Virus record (IMG/VR): IMGVR_UViG_3300049594_000135
Location: 1-35,506 of that record
Reading direction: 5' to 3' (one strand)
From: a virus
Lineage: Duplodnaviria; Caudoviricetes
Length of the DNA stretch: 35,506 bases
This document shows, piece by piece, positions 16,308-24,975 of this stretch (position 1 is its first letter; every line of letters starts with the position of its first letter). The translations under genes and the position numbers were made by a program. A model generated the notes under the pieces. It had not been told where the DNA came from. It saw only the letters and a program-made list of their open reading frames with translations, and ran no database searches.

Positions 16308-16886
16308 ATGAAGCACTATTACCATAATATTGGTGAGAATTGGTTTAGCTACCCTAAGCTATATTCAGCAGCAGTTGAATACTTCCGGCCTAGAAGTAAC
16401 TTTTACGAAATAGGTAGCTGGAAAGGAAGGTCATCTGTTTACATGGGAGTTGAAATAATTAACAGCGGTAAGAAACATTTTTTCACTTGTGTTGATACTT
16501 GGGCAGGCTGTGAGTTTACCAAAGACATTGATGCCATCAAGGACAAAACTCTTTATGCTGAATTTCTCAAAAACATTGAGCCGCTTAATGACATAATCAC
16601 TCCGGTTAGATCCACCAGCCTTGAAGCTGCTAAACTTGTGCCAGATTCATCACTTGACTTCTGCTTTATCGATGCCTCTCATGACTATGACAATGTCATT
16701 GCCGATATTAAGGCTTGGTTTCCCAAAGTCAAGCTAGGAGGAGTAATTGCAGGTCATGATTATCCAGAATGGGAGGGAGTAAAAAAAGCAGTTGATGAGT
16801 ACTTTGGCAATAACATACTTTCAAAATATGGCTGCTGGGTTTATCAGATAACTCCAAAAAATGATTTTTATCAATTTCTAAAATAA
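16308..16886 (+). CDS. Class I SAM methyltransferase (Methyltransf_24-like)
   Basis: EIGSWKGRSS, CVDTW, DFCFIDASHDYDNVIADI..W.PKVKLGGVIAGHDY. Confidence 0.92.
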   Translation: MKHYYHNIGENWFSYPKLYSAAVEYFRPRSNFYEIGSWKGRSSVYMGVEIINSGKKHFFTCVDTWAGCEFTKDIDAIKDKTLYAEFLKNIEPLNDIITPVRSTSLEAAKLVPDSSLDFCFIDASHDYDNVIADIKAWFPKVKLGGVIAGHDYPEWEGVKKAVDEYFGNNILSKYGCWVYQITPKNDFYQFLK

Positions 16887-16922
16887 CCACAAAACAAGGG
16901 GCAGAAGCCCGGTACTAAAATT

Positions 16923-17399
16923 ATGGCAGCACCTAAAGGAAACCAATGTTGGATGCTTCGATTGAAGCATGGGCTAGATGGCAGATTCAAAACTCCGGAT
17001 GAAATTCTTGAGAACTTTGAACAGTATGTGCAGTGGGCTGAAGAAAATCCATTGATTGAAGTGGACTTCAGAGGTAAGGATGCAACAGAGGTCAGATTGC
17101 CAAAGAAAAGGCTATTGACAAAGGAAGGCTTTGCGCTGGCCTGTGGCTTCGCTTCATGGGCTACCCTAGCAGTTTATAAAGGCAAATCAAAAGATTTCGC
17201 TCAAGTCTTTACACGCATAGAGCAGGCCATCTACACCAGCAAGCTAGAAGGCGCTGCCAGTGGCCTATTTAATCATAACATCATAGCCAGAGATTTAGGC
17301 CTGATGAACCAGGAGCAAGTGAATTTGCAAGTGGTGGAGGTGATTAAGCCTAAGCCAAACAAGAAGGGAGCAGAGCAAGAGGCTGATGCCGAAGGTTGA
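16923..17399 (+). CDS. terS: Terminase small subunit (P22 gp3-like DNA packaging protein)
   Basis: MAAPKGNQCW...FKTPDEI...EENPL...GAASGLFNHNIIARDLGL. Confidence 0.9.
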   Translation: MAAPKGNQCWMLRLKHGLDGRFKTPDEILENFEQYVQWAEENPLIEVDFRGKDATEVRLPKKRLLTKEGFALACGFASWATLAVYKGKSKDFAQVFTRIEQAIYTSKLEGAASGLFNHNIIARDLGLMNQEQVNLQVVEVIKPKPNKKGAEQEADAEG

Positions 17400-18720
17400 T
17401 CTCTCAAGTCCTGACTTATGGCAGGAGAAGTACCTGGAAGCAGTCACCGACCCTAAGACCTACAATATACTCTGGGGCGGTGCTGGCAGTGGCAAGAGCC
17501 AGACCATGATTCAGCTTTTCCTGGCTGAGATATGCGATAACAAGGCTAATCAGTTCCAGACCTTCTTTGTCATTCGCAAAGTAGCTGCCACCATCAGGAA
17601 CTCAGTCTTTGCTGACTTCCGCAACAAGATTAGCCAATGGGGATTGGATAAGCTCATCAAGGCCAAGACAGGCTATATGGAGCTTCAGTCAGGCACTAAC
17701 AAGATTGTGTTTTTAGGCTGTGATGATCCTGAGAAGCTCAAGTCATTAAGCCAGGCTAAATACATCTGGATTGAGGAGGCCACTGAGCTAACGCTTGAGG
17801 ACTTCACCCAGATAACTCTCCGACTCAGAGGTAAGTCAGAGCATCCAAAGCGTTTCTTCCTGACCTTTAACCCAGTCTCAGATAGCCACTGGATTAAGAA
17901 GCGGTTCTTTGATGATGTGCCAGCCAAGGAGCAGAACCAAGTACTCCGCTTGCACGGCACTTACAAGGATGCCATAGACTTCCTCGATGATGAGTATGTG
18001 ACAAGGATGGAGGCATTGAAGTCAGTGAGCCAAACCTATTATGAAGTCTATGCCCTTGGGCAGTGGGGCATCTGGGATAGGGATTCACTCTTTGCAACCA
18101 GCTTCGAATACGCTAAACATGTATATGACGGCTACATCAAGGCCTCTCCGGTGCATAACCTTTACCTAGCCTTTGACTTCAATGTCACCAACACTTGCGT
18201 AGTCAGCCAGTACATCAAAAACTCTGAGGAAGGCATCTACTATGCCACTATCAATGTCATCAAGGTGTATCGGGTGGGTGATCTTGCCAGCCTTTGCCAG
18301 ACCATCCGGCAGGAGTTCCCGGGCATGACCTACATCATCAACGGTGATGCCTCCGGTGCTTCCCGCAATGCCTTTACTCAGGACAATATCTCAGCTTATG
18401 CCCTGATCAAGAACTACCTTCAGGTAAATGACATGCAGCTTCAGGTGGCTAAGTCTAACCCTAGTCACATTGCCAGCAGGCTGGTGACAATCCTAGTACT
18501 CCAGAAGGCCAAGGTGCAGATAAGTGGCAAGCGGTGTGATGAGCTGGTTACAGACTTAAAGGAAGCCAAGGTAGACAGGCAGGGCAGCCTCGATGCCTGG
18601 AAGAATAAGAACCCAGACAAGTCTCATGCTCTGGATGCCTTCCGCTATTTTATTTTCTCTAACTTTGCCGAGATAACATCCAACTTTAATCTGGAAAAGT
18701 ATGGCACTATGCTGCAATAA
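17386..18720 (+). CDS. terL: Terminase large subunit (PBSX/SPP1-like)
   Basis: GGAGSGKS Walker A, IWIEEATE Walker B, LTFNP, YALGQWG, AFDFN, HALDAFRY. Confidence 0.97.
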   Translation: MPKVDLSSPDLWQEKYLEAVTDPKTYNILWGGAGSGKSQTMIQLFLAEICDNKANQFQTFFVIRKVAATIRNSVFADFRNKISQWGLDKLIKAKTGYMELQSGTNKIVFLGCDDPEKLKSLSQAKYIWIEEATELTLEDFTQITLRLRGKSEHPKRFFLTFNPVSDSHWIKKRFFDDVPAKEQNQVLRLHGTYKDAIDFLDDEYVTRMEALKSVSQTYYEVYALGQWGIWDRDSLFATSFEYAKHVYDGYIKASPVHNLYLAFDFNVTNTCVVSQYIKNSEEGIYYATINVIKVYRVGDLASLCQTIRQEFPGMTYIINGDASGASRNAFTQDNISAYALIKNYLQVNDMQLQVAKSNPSHIASRLVTILVLQKAKVQISGKRCDELVTDLKEAKVDRQGSLDAWKNKNPDKSHALDAFRYFIFSNFAEITSNFNLEKYGTMLQ

Positions 18721-19105
18721 ATGCTACCCAATCTGCCTGCCCTTGCCTAGCTGTCCAACAGCAGTGTATCTATTCACTCCCCCGGGTGACTATGGAAGAG
18801 GCATTCTCGTGAACATAGTTAAGCCAGGAGTCAATGTGCAAGGCCAGCAATTGCTCAGCATTGGAGGTGATGGGTTTGTTGAGATTGACTTAGAGGCACT
18901 GCCTGAAGGCTTCTTCAACCCTTGGGGTGGACAGTACACCATTAGCTTTGCTGATCCTGACTTACCCAATAAGCCATTAACCTACATCTCAGTTGATGGT
19001 GAGCAGTATGACAGCATCTGCCTGAGCTTCATTCAGACAATCAGTAATGAGGAGACAGTGATAGCAATTATTAATCCTATAAATAATGAACAACCCGATT
19101 TATGA
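18701..19105 (+). CDS. Cys-rich hypothetical (probably virion) protein
   Basis: Starts MALCCNKCYPICLPLPSCP; beta-rich body; TAACTTTG box at 18660-18667 upstream. Confidence 0.7.
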   Translation: MALCCNKCYPICLPLPSCPTAVYLFTPPGDYGRGILVNIVKPGVNVQGQQLLSIGGDGFVEIDLEALPEGFFNPWGGQYTISFADPDLPNKPLTYISVDGEQYDSICLSFIQTISNEETVIAIINPINNEQPDL

Positions 19106-19304
19106 TATTGATGCAAGTTGTGGAGGCAAGCGCAGAGGCTGTTGCCTTATCGAATTACCTAACGATGCCGAGCCTGCTGATGTTGTTGCTGATAGCTGCA
19201 CTCAGCGCATCCTTCTCATTGTTTCTGGACTTCCTTCTGGAGGATCACCCAGTTGGGCAGTGGTATCTGTTACAGATTCAGAAGCTCCCGACTTATTGGG
19301 CTAA
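19086..19304 (+). CDS. Possible overlapping small Cys-containing protein
   Basis: 72-aa ORF with A-rich start context (ataaataATG), lying almost wholly inside 19102-19497 in another frame. Confidence 0.4.
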   Translation: MNNPIYDIDASCGGKRRGCCLIELPNDAEPADVVADSCTQRILLIVSGLPSGGSPSWAVVSVTDSEAPDLLG

Positions 19305-19497
19305 GCCCCTAGGGGAATGCCCATTCTGCTCCGGTGCTTGGCAGTTCCTCATAATCTCTTGCCTTATTTTTCACTATCCATTTTACTTATGTTCAATATT
19401 TTTAGGAGTAAACCATCTGCTCCTGCTCCTGTTCAACAAGTGGCAGAAGAAGCTCCTGCTCAAGAACAAGGTGGCAGAATACTTTACAGGGGTGTAG
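19102..19497 (+). CDS. Membrane protein with CxxC motif (DUF1360-like)
   Basis: Hydrophobic helices flanking KPLGECPFCSGAW; ATGA overlap with the upstream stop; alternative start at 19165. Confidence 0.7.
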   Translation: MILMQVVEASAEAVALSNYLTMPSLLMLLLIAALSASFSLFLDFLLEDHPVGQWYLLQIQKLPTYWAKPLGECPFCSGAWQFLIISCLIFHYPFYLCSIFLGVNHLLLLLFNKWQKKLLLKNKVAEYFTGV

Positions 19498-20141
19498 CTC
19501 CCAAAGACCGATGGGATCAGATTGAGTTTGCTTTCACCTCCGGGGGAGTCAATTACTTCAAGTTCACAGCAGAGGTCAATGTGCCATTCCAGAGGGCAGT
19601 GGCAGCCAGAGACATCTTCACCGAAGAGCTTTGGCAAATCAACCCAGACTACCTGAGAGGCTGGAACAATGGCCTAATCAATCTACTCCTGGACAAGAAG
19701 AAGAAGGATGACAAGAAGCTCTATGAGATAGGGATTCTCGCATCCCGGCTAAAGGAACAGATGGAGCTATCGGTTAGCCTGGTCAGGCAGATGAAGCTGG
19801 CAACAGTTGTCTACTTTGATGAGCATGAGAATCCACTGGACTATCAATACCCATACAACAAGTCTAAGCTCAGCCATTGGATGGAGCATAATGATGTTCA
19901 GGGTTTTTTTTTGAATCTGCCGGAGTACGCCTATCTGCCCTCTTTGACCGAGTACAGCACGAATTTCCCGAACTATTTGCAGGCCGAAACTCTGCAAAAC
20001 CTAAACAACCTGAAGCACATTATTGGACTGCAATTACCAGACAGCACAGGCAGCGATTTGATGAACAGTATAGAGTTGCAAATGGAGATTTTGAGCGAGT
20101 TAAATACTTGGTCGAAAGGCCAATCTACGAGTACTATTTAA
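19389..20141 (+). CDS. Tail assembly chaperone (gpG-like)
   Basis: Directly upstream of the tape measure gene; slippery GGG-T9 at 19901-19912; likely start MFNIFRSK at 19389. Confidence 0.7.
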   Translation: MFNIFRSKPSAPAPVQQVAEEAPAQEQGGRILYRGVAPKDRWDQIEFAFTSGGVNYFKFTAEVNVPFQRAVAARDIFTEELWQINPDYLRGWNNGLINLLLDKKKKDDKKLYEIGILASRLKEQMELSVSLVRQMKLATVVYFDEHENPLDYQYPYNKSKLSHWMEHNDVQGFFLNLPEYAYLPSLTEYSTNFPNYLQAETLQNLNNLKHIIGLQLPDSTGSDLMNSIELQMEILSELNTWSKGQSTSTI

Positions 20142-20194
20142 TTGTGAGTAGCTATATTGCGGATCAAAAGAAGAGGACTAGGGTGAGAACATAA
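19901..20194 (+). CDS. -1 frameshift extension of the tail chaperone (gpT-like, not in ORF track)
   Basis: -1 frame is closed by TGA at 19892, has no ATG, and is open for 93 codons after the T-run: ESAGVRLSALFDRVQHEFPELFAG...ANGDFERVKYLVERPIYEYYLIVSSYIADQKKRTRVRT*. Confidence 0.8.
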   Translation, partial: GFFFESAGVRLSALFDRVQHEFPELFAGRNSAKPKQPEAHYWTAITRQHRQRFDEQYRVANGDFERVKYLVERPIYEYYLIVSSYIADQKKRTRVRT

Positions 20195-20229
20195 TTGTTT
20201 AGTGTTTTGGTTTAGTGAAACAGCGAAAG

Positions 20230-20255
20230 AGCCACTGATATTCGGTGGCTTTTTT
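20230..20255 (+). terminator. Intrinsic terminator between chaperone and tape measure genes
   Basis: AGCCACTGA-tat-TCGGTGGCT followed by T-tract. Confidence 0.8.
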
Positions 20256-20273
20256 AATTGCTATCTTTACGGC

Positions 20274-22691
20274 ATGGCAACGATTTCAACTAATGACATC
20301 AAGATCAGGTATGACATTGACCTGAGTAAACTTCAGCAGGCTACTTCTGAATTTGATAAGATTACCTCCGAGGAACGGCAGTTGCTTGCTGAGCTTGGGA
20401 AACTCAAGAAGCAGTTTGATGAATTAGGAGATAAAGCCAAAAAGTCTGGTAAGGATGCTGGCGATGCTATGGGCGGCATGGGAGCTGTTGCTTCTAAAAT
20501 TGCACCAGCAATAGCAGGAATCTTTGCTGCCGATAAAGTCATGGGCTTTGCCAAAGAGGTCATTGCTGTGACTGGGGAGTTTCAGAAACTATCTGCTGTT
20601 CTTACCAATACACTTGGAAGCAGGAGTGCAGCAGCTGGTGCAATGACTAACATCCAAAAGTTTGCATCAGAGACACCATTTTCGGTGCAAGAACTTACTC
20701 AGTCATTTGTAAAACTAGCCAATCAAGGATTCACACCTACTGTTGCTCAGTTGAGAAGGTTAGGAGACCTGGCTTCCTCTACCGGAAAAGGATTTGACCA
20801 ATTAGCGGAGGCAATAATAGATGCTCAGACAGGAGAGTTTGAGCGATTAAAGGAGTTTGGCATCCGAGCAAGCAAGGCTGGAGATCAGGTTACATTCACA
20901 TTTAAAGGTGTTCAGACTCAAGTTCAATTTACCAATGATGCCATTAGACAGTATCTAGTTTCGCTAGGCGATATTCAAGGTGTTAGTGGTGCTATGGCTG
21001 CAATCTCTGGAACACTAGAGGGGCAAATCAGCAACCTTGGAGATGCTTATGATAGTTTACTCAATACAATTGGAACTAATCTAGCACCAGTTTATCAGAA
21101 GGCATTAGTTTTAACATCTGCATTCCTAAATAAGCTAAACGATTTATTTGGAGGTAAACAAATTAAAGAGGCTGGAGAAAATTTCAATAAGTTATATGAG
21201 AAATATAGCAATGCAAGCTCTGAGGCTTTAAAAAATGGAAAAACCAATGCAGAAAGTAGCATAAAGATTGAAAAGGACAGGCTCGCCCAGATGAAACAGA
21301 TATTTGGCGAGGAAACTAAGGCTGCTGAGGTTGTAATGGAAGAATATAGAGCAAGCGGAAGTGAATATGATGACATTCAGAAGCAGTCAATTACTACTTC
21401 AAGAACGGTTACAGCCGAGCAGATAGCTAATCAAGAGTCTTTAATTAACTCATACCAACTAAATATTGATGTATTCAATAAGCTATATGAAGAGAAAAAG
21501 AAGAATCTTCAGGTTGATCAAGCCACTGAGAAGCAAGATAAGGCAGCATATCAGGCTAAGTTAAAAATCTATGAGCTTGAGAAGCAACAGCAAGTGCTGA
21601 TGGCTCAGTTAAGAGGCTCAAAGCTGGGTGAGGTAGGTGCTGAAAAGGTATTTCAGCAGAAGGTTTATGACTTAAAAAAAGAATACAGCACTAAGAACAT
21701 TGGCATTATAGAAGATGAGGTCAAGGTAGCCAAGCTCCAGCGAGATAAGGCAGCAAATGATTATGAGGATGCAGCCAAGAAGGAGCTTCTAGTAACTAAA
21801 GAGGTAAAGATACAAGTTGCTGAAGAGGATAAGACTCTTTACGATAAGCGACTAGCCCAGATGAAGGCATGGCAGAAAGCCTATGAGAAAGGGCTAGCTG
21901 ATGAAGTTGAAGCGGCAAAAAAAGCAGAAGAAGAAAAACAAGCAATTAAGCAGCTAACCTTAGAACTAGGGCAAACACTTGTATCCGGTGCATTTGACTT
22001 ATACCAGGCTAACCTTAGCAATGAATTATCGGCATTACAGAAGCGATACAATGAGGAAATAAGGCTAGCTGATGGCAATGAGCAGAAGATTACCGAAATC
22101 AATAATAGAAGAGATCAAAAGGAAAGAGAAATTAAGACTAGGCAATTCCAGGCTGAAAGAAATGCTGCTGTGGCTAGAGTTGTGTTTGAAACTGCATCAA
22201 TAATTGCTAAATGGTCAAGCAATCCGATTACATTGCCTCTTGCTGCCTTGACTCTAGCAACTCAAGCTGCCCAGATTGGCTTTATATTAGCTCAACCAGT
22301 TCCTGAGTTTGCAGAAGGTACTAAGGGAAAGGCATTCAAAGGAGGTAAGGCAATAGTAGGGGAGCGAGGGGTAGAGAAGGTTGTCACCGAGTCAGGCAAA
22401 GTTTACTTCACTCCACCAACTGCCACGCTTGTAGACCTTCCTAAAGGATCACAAGTTATTCCTAACCACTCCCTGAGCAGACAGGAGGTGTTCCTGGCTA
22501 ACCACTATGCCAACAGAACCAGCAGCAGTGCTGGCTCTCCGGTGGTAGGCAAGTTAGATGAGATTGGAAGCATACTTAAAGGCCTGCCCATTACTCAGCT
22601 TAACATGGATGAGCGAGGCTTTGAGAAGTTTATCCGCACGCCAAGGCGCAGTACTAAGATTCTTAACAATAGATTTGGCATCAATAACTAA
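20274..22691 (+). CDS. Tape measure protein
   Basis: FASETPFSVQEL...LGDLAS...GEFERLKEFGI tape-measure domain, long coiled coils, C-terminal FAEGT...VGERGVE; likely start ATG 20274. Confidence 0.92.
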   Translation: MATISTNDIKIRYDIDLSKLQQATSEFDKITSEERQLLAELGKLKKQFDELGDKAKKSGKDAGDAMGGMGAVASKIAPAIAGIFAADKVMGFAKEVIAVTGEFQKLSAVLTNTLGSRSAAAGAMTNIQKFASETPFSVQELTQSFVKLANQGFTPTVAQLRRLGDLASSTGKGFDQLAEAIIDAQTGEFERLKEFGIRASKAGDQVTFTFKGVQTQVQFTNDAIRQYLVSLGDIQGVSGAMAAISGTLEGQISNLGDAYDSLLNTIGTNLAPVYQKALVLTSAFLNKLNDLFGGKQIKEAGENFNKLYEKYSNASSEALKNGKTNAESSIKIEKDRLAQMKQIFGEETKAAEVVMEEYRASGSEYDDIQKQSITTSRTVTAEQIANQESLINSYQLNIDVFNKLYEEKKKNLQVDQATEKQDKAAYQAKLKIYELEKQQQVLMAQLRGSKLGEVGAEKVFQQKVYDLKKEYSTKNIGIIEDEVKVAKLQRDKAANDYEDAAKKELLVTKEVKIQVAEEDKTLYDKRLAQMKAWQKAYEKGLADEVEAAKKAEEEKQAIKQLTLELGQTLVSGAFDLYQANLSNELSALQKRYNEEIRLADGNEQKITEINNRRDQKEREIKTRQFQAERNAAVARVVFETASIIAKWSSNPITLPLAALTLATQAAQIGFILAQPVPEFAEGTKGKAFKGGKAIVGERGVEKVVTESGKVYFTPPTATLVDLPKGSQVIPNHSLSRQEVFLANHYANRTSSSAGSPVVGKLDEIGSILKGLPITQLNMDERGFEKFIRTPRRSTKILNNRFGINN

Positions 22692-24973
22692 TGGCAAACT
22701 GGAAGTTTTTTCTCGATGGGAATGAAGTAGAAGAACCAATTGGCTGGGATGCCATTGAGTTCACTGCCATTCGGATGGATAGTCATGGCATAGATCAGCC
22801 ATTCAGTACTGAGGTCAGATTCTATGCAGAAGGAGCAAGGTATATCAAGTCAATCTATGACCAACACTTCATCAATCAACCCATTGCCATAACCATTACT
22901 TCTGATGTAGGCTATGGGAACTCCTCATACCAGTTCGATGGCTTTCTTAATCTGGCAATCTATCAGGAAAAGAATGTCTGTGATACCGATTCTTGGGAGA
23001 TTACGGTAGGAATCATTGATGACAATTTCAGGGAGGATTTCAAGGCCAGAACTGATGTAGAGATTGACCTGACAAAAACCAAAGACTTAAATGATAGCAC
23101 TATCAACGCATTGGCATTCCGAAATGTCCGGATGCACCGGATGCTTTTATACTTGACTGCTACTGGTAAGAACTTTGCGGATATTACTGGCTATGCCGAA
23201 TTTGATTCAATTCCAGCTGTAAGAGCAGCACTTAGTGTTCCAACCTATTGGAGTCAATCAGATTTGAGAGAGGCTTACGGAAGTACATTAAACACTGCTG
23301 TTATTCAAATAATAGGGGAAACAAATTTTGCCAGCGGTGCAATTTTTGTCAATAATCAAAGTGTAACAAGAACAATTGAATATGAAATAAAAGTTTCTTT
23401 TGATGGTCAAAGATATTTAGGGACAGCAAATGCAGAAACATTAGAACTTCGAATTTCAGAACACGCTGGAACTACTTTTATTTCAAAAATTGTTTTATAC
23501 ACTGTTTCTCTTGGTTTTAACCAATCATTTTCAAATTTAAATGCAACGTATACAGGAACTTTTAATTGTCCTCCAGGACATACCATAAGTCTGCAATTTG
23601 TTGCTCTTGGTGTAGGGGTAAAATGGGGAGCAAATATTAATATCTACGAAGGTTACACCATTACCCTTAATGAAATAAACGAAGGAGAATTTGCCTCTAC
23701 TTCTGATGTTCTTACGATTGAGCAATGGCTAAGGAGGTGTATCTATGTAATGACCGGAAGCAATAATAAGCTGCTATCAGATACCTTTAGTGAGTCAGGA
23801 AACGGATGTGAATGGAGTTATGCCCTAACCAATGGTATCAGGATTAGGAATAACACCACAGAGGCAGGAACGCAGTTAATGACTTCTTGGAAGAAGACCT
23901 TTGAGGAACTTGATAAAATCTTCTGCCTTGGATGGGCATTTGAATGGACAGGATCGGAGTGGAAAATTAGGGTTGAAACCAGAGATTACTTCTACCAGAA
24001 CTTGGTAAGTCAATCATTTGCCAATGTAGGAGAGGTTGTTCAGGCGGCTAAGGTGGATATGCTTATGAACAATATTACTACTGGCTACACCGACCGCTGG
24101 AAAAACATTCAGATTTCTGGTGTTTATGCAGTTCATACAGAGCGCAACTATTTCATTCAGAATAGGGCAATGAATGAGAACTCATCTGCAAAACTGGATT
24201 TAAGATCAAATATAATTGCCGAGGGCTATGCGATAGAGTTTTACCGGAGAATGGCAGACATTACCTATGGTGCGGCATCTTCCGATAGGCCGAATGATAA
24301 TGAGACATTTATTATCTGGCTTAACCGGATTGAATTTACAATTCCCACAATTGAAACAAGTGAGTACAATCTGCCAGAGGAAACTGGATCAGAAACATTT
24401 GCACCGGGAACGGCATCGGCAAGTAGTAATATAGCTTGTAATGTTAATGGAGACATACTGGACAACAGATATAATTTTGCCATCACTCCGGCAAGGAATG
24501 CTTATAGATGGTGGAAGTGGCTTGGAATGTTTACTTATAAAATGCCAGGATTTGTTGCACTCCGGTATCAAGTAGGCCAGTACTTCACCAACATTGAAAT
24601 AGGCATAATCACAGGCTATGATTGCAATATTTTTGCCATAGCAGAGCAGGGCATTGAAGAGAACGATTCAGTCTCTCCAGTTCTTCTGGATGAGCCTTAT
24701 AAGGACTATCTACTCAGGCCAATTGAGGTAACATTTAGTTACCCACAAAGTCTCTGCGATTTCTTAACTTTGTCTCAGGATGAGCAGTACAAGAAAGTAA
24801 GGCTCACCTCTGGCAGTTTGGTTATTGAGGGATTCATAACTTCGGCAACCAATCAACCGGAAGATGCCTCCGGTGGTACAACTCAATTCACATTGCTTTA
24901 CTCCAATCAACAATCAGAGCCGGGTGGAGCATTTGATGATGGATTTGATGATGGATATGACAACGGTGGTTAA
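22691..24973 (+). CDS. Tail tip / baseplate hub-like protein
   Basis: 760 aa directly after the tape measure gene; EPIGWD motif; ends GGAFDDGFDDGYDNGG. Confidence 0.7.
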   Translation: MANWKFFLDGNEVEEPIGWDAIEFTAIRMDSHGIDQPFSTEVRFYAEGARYIKSIYDQHFINQPIAITITSDVGYGNSSYQFDGFLNLAIYQEKNVCDTDSWEITVGIIDDNFREDFKARTDVEIDLTKTKDLNDSTINALAFRNVRMHRMLLYLTATGKNFADITGYAEFDSIPAVRAALSVPTYWSQSDLREAYGSTLNTAVIQIIGETNFASGAIFVNNQSVTRTIEYEIKVSFDGQRYLGTANAETLELRISEHAGTTFISKIVLYTVSLGFNQSFSNLNATYTGTFNCPPGHTISLQFVALGVGVKWGANINIYEGYTITLNEINEGEFASTSDVLTIEQWLRRCIYVMTGSNNKLLSDTFSESGNGCEWSYALTNGIRIRNNTTEAGTQLMTSWKKTFEELDKIFCLGWAFEWTGSEWKIRVETRDYFYQNLVSQSFANVGEVVQAAKVDMLMNNITTGYTDRWKNIQISGVYAVHTERNYFIQNRAMNENSSAKLDLRSNIIAEGYAIEFYRRMADITYGAASSDRPNDNETFIIWLNRIEFTIPTIETSEYNLPEETGSETFAPGTASASSNIACNVNGDILDNRYNFAITPARNAYRWWKWLGMFTYKMPGFVALRYQVGQYFTNIEIGIITGYDCNIFAIAEQGIEENDSVSPVLLDEPYKDYLLRPIEVTFSYPQSLCDFLTLSQDEQYKKVRLTSGSLVIEGFITSATNQPEDASGGTTQFTLLYSNQQSEPGGAFDDGFDDGYDNGG

Positions 24974-24975
24974 AT

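Noticed and set aside
12686-16886. DNA methyltransferase (anti-restriction) assignment for the two MTases
   Set aside because: No DPPY/NPPY or PCQ catalytic motif in the expected context; motifs fit small-molecule or glycan class I MTases
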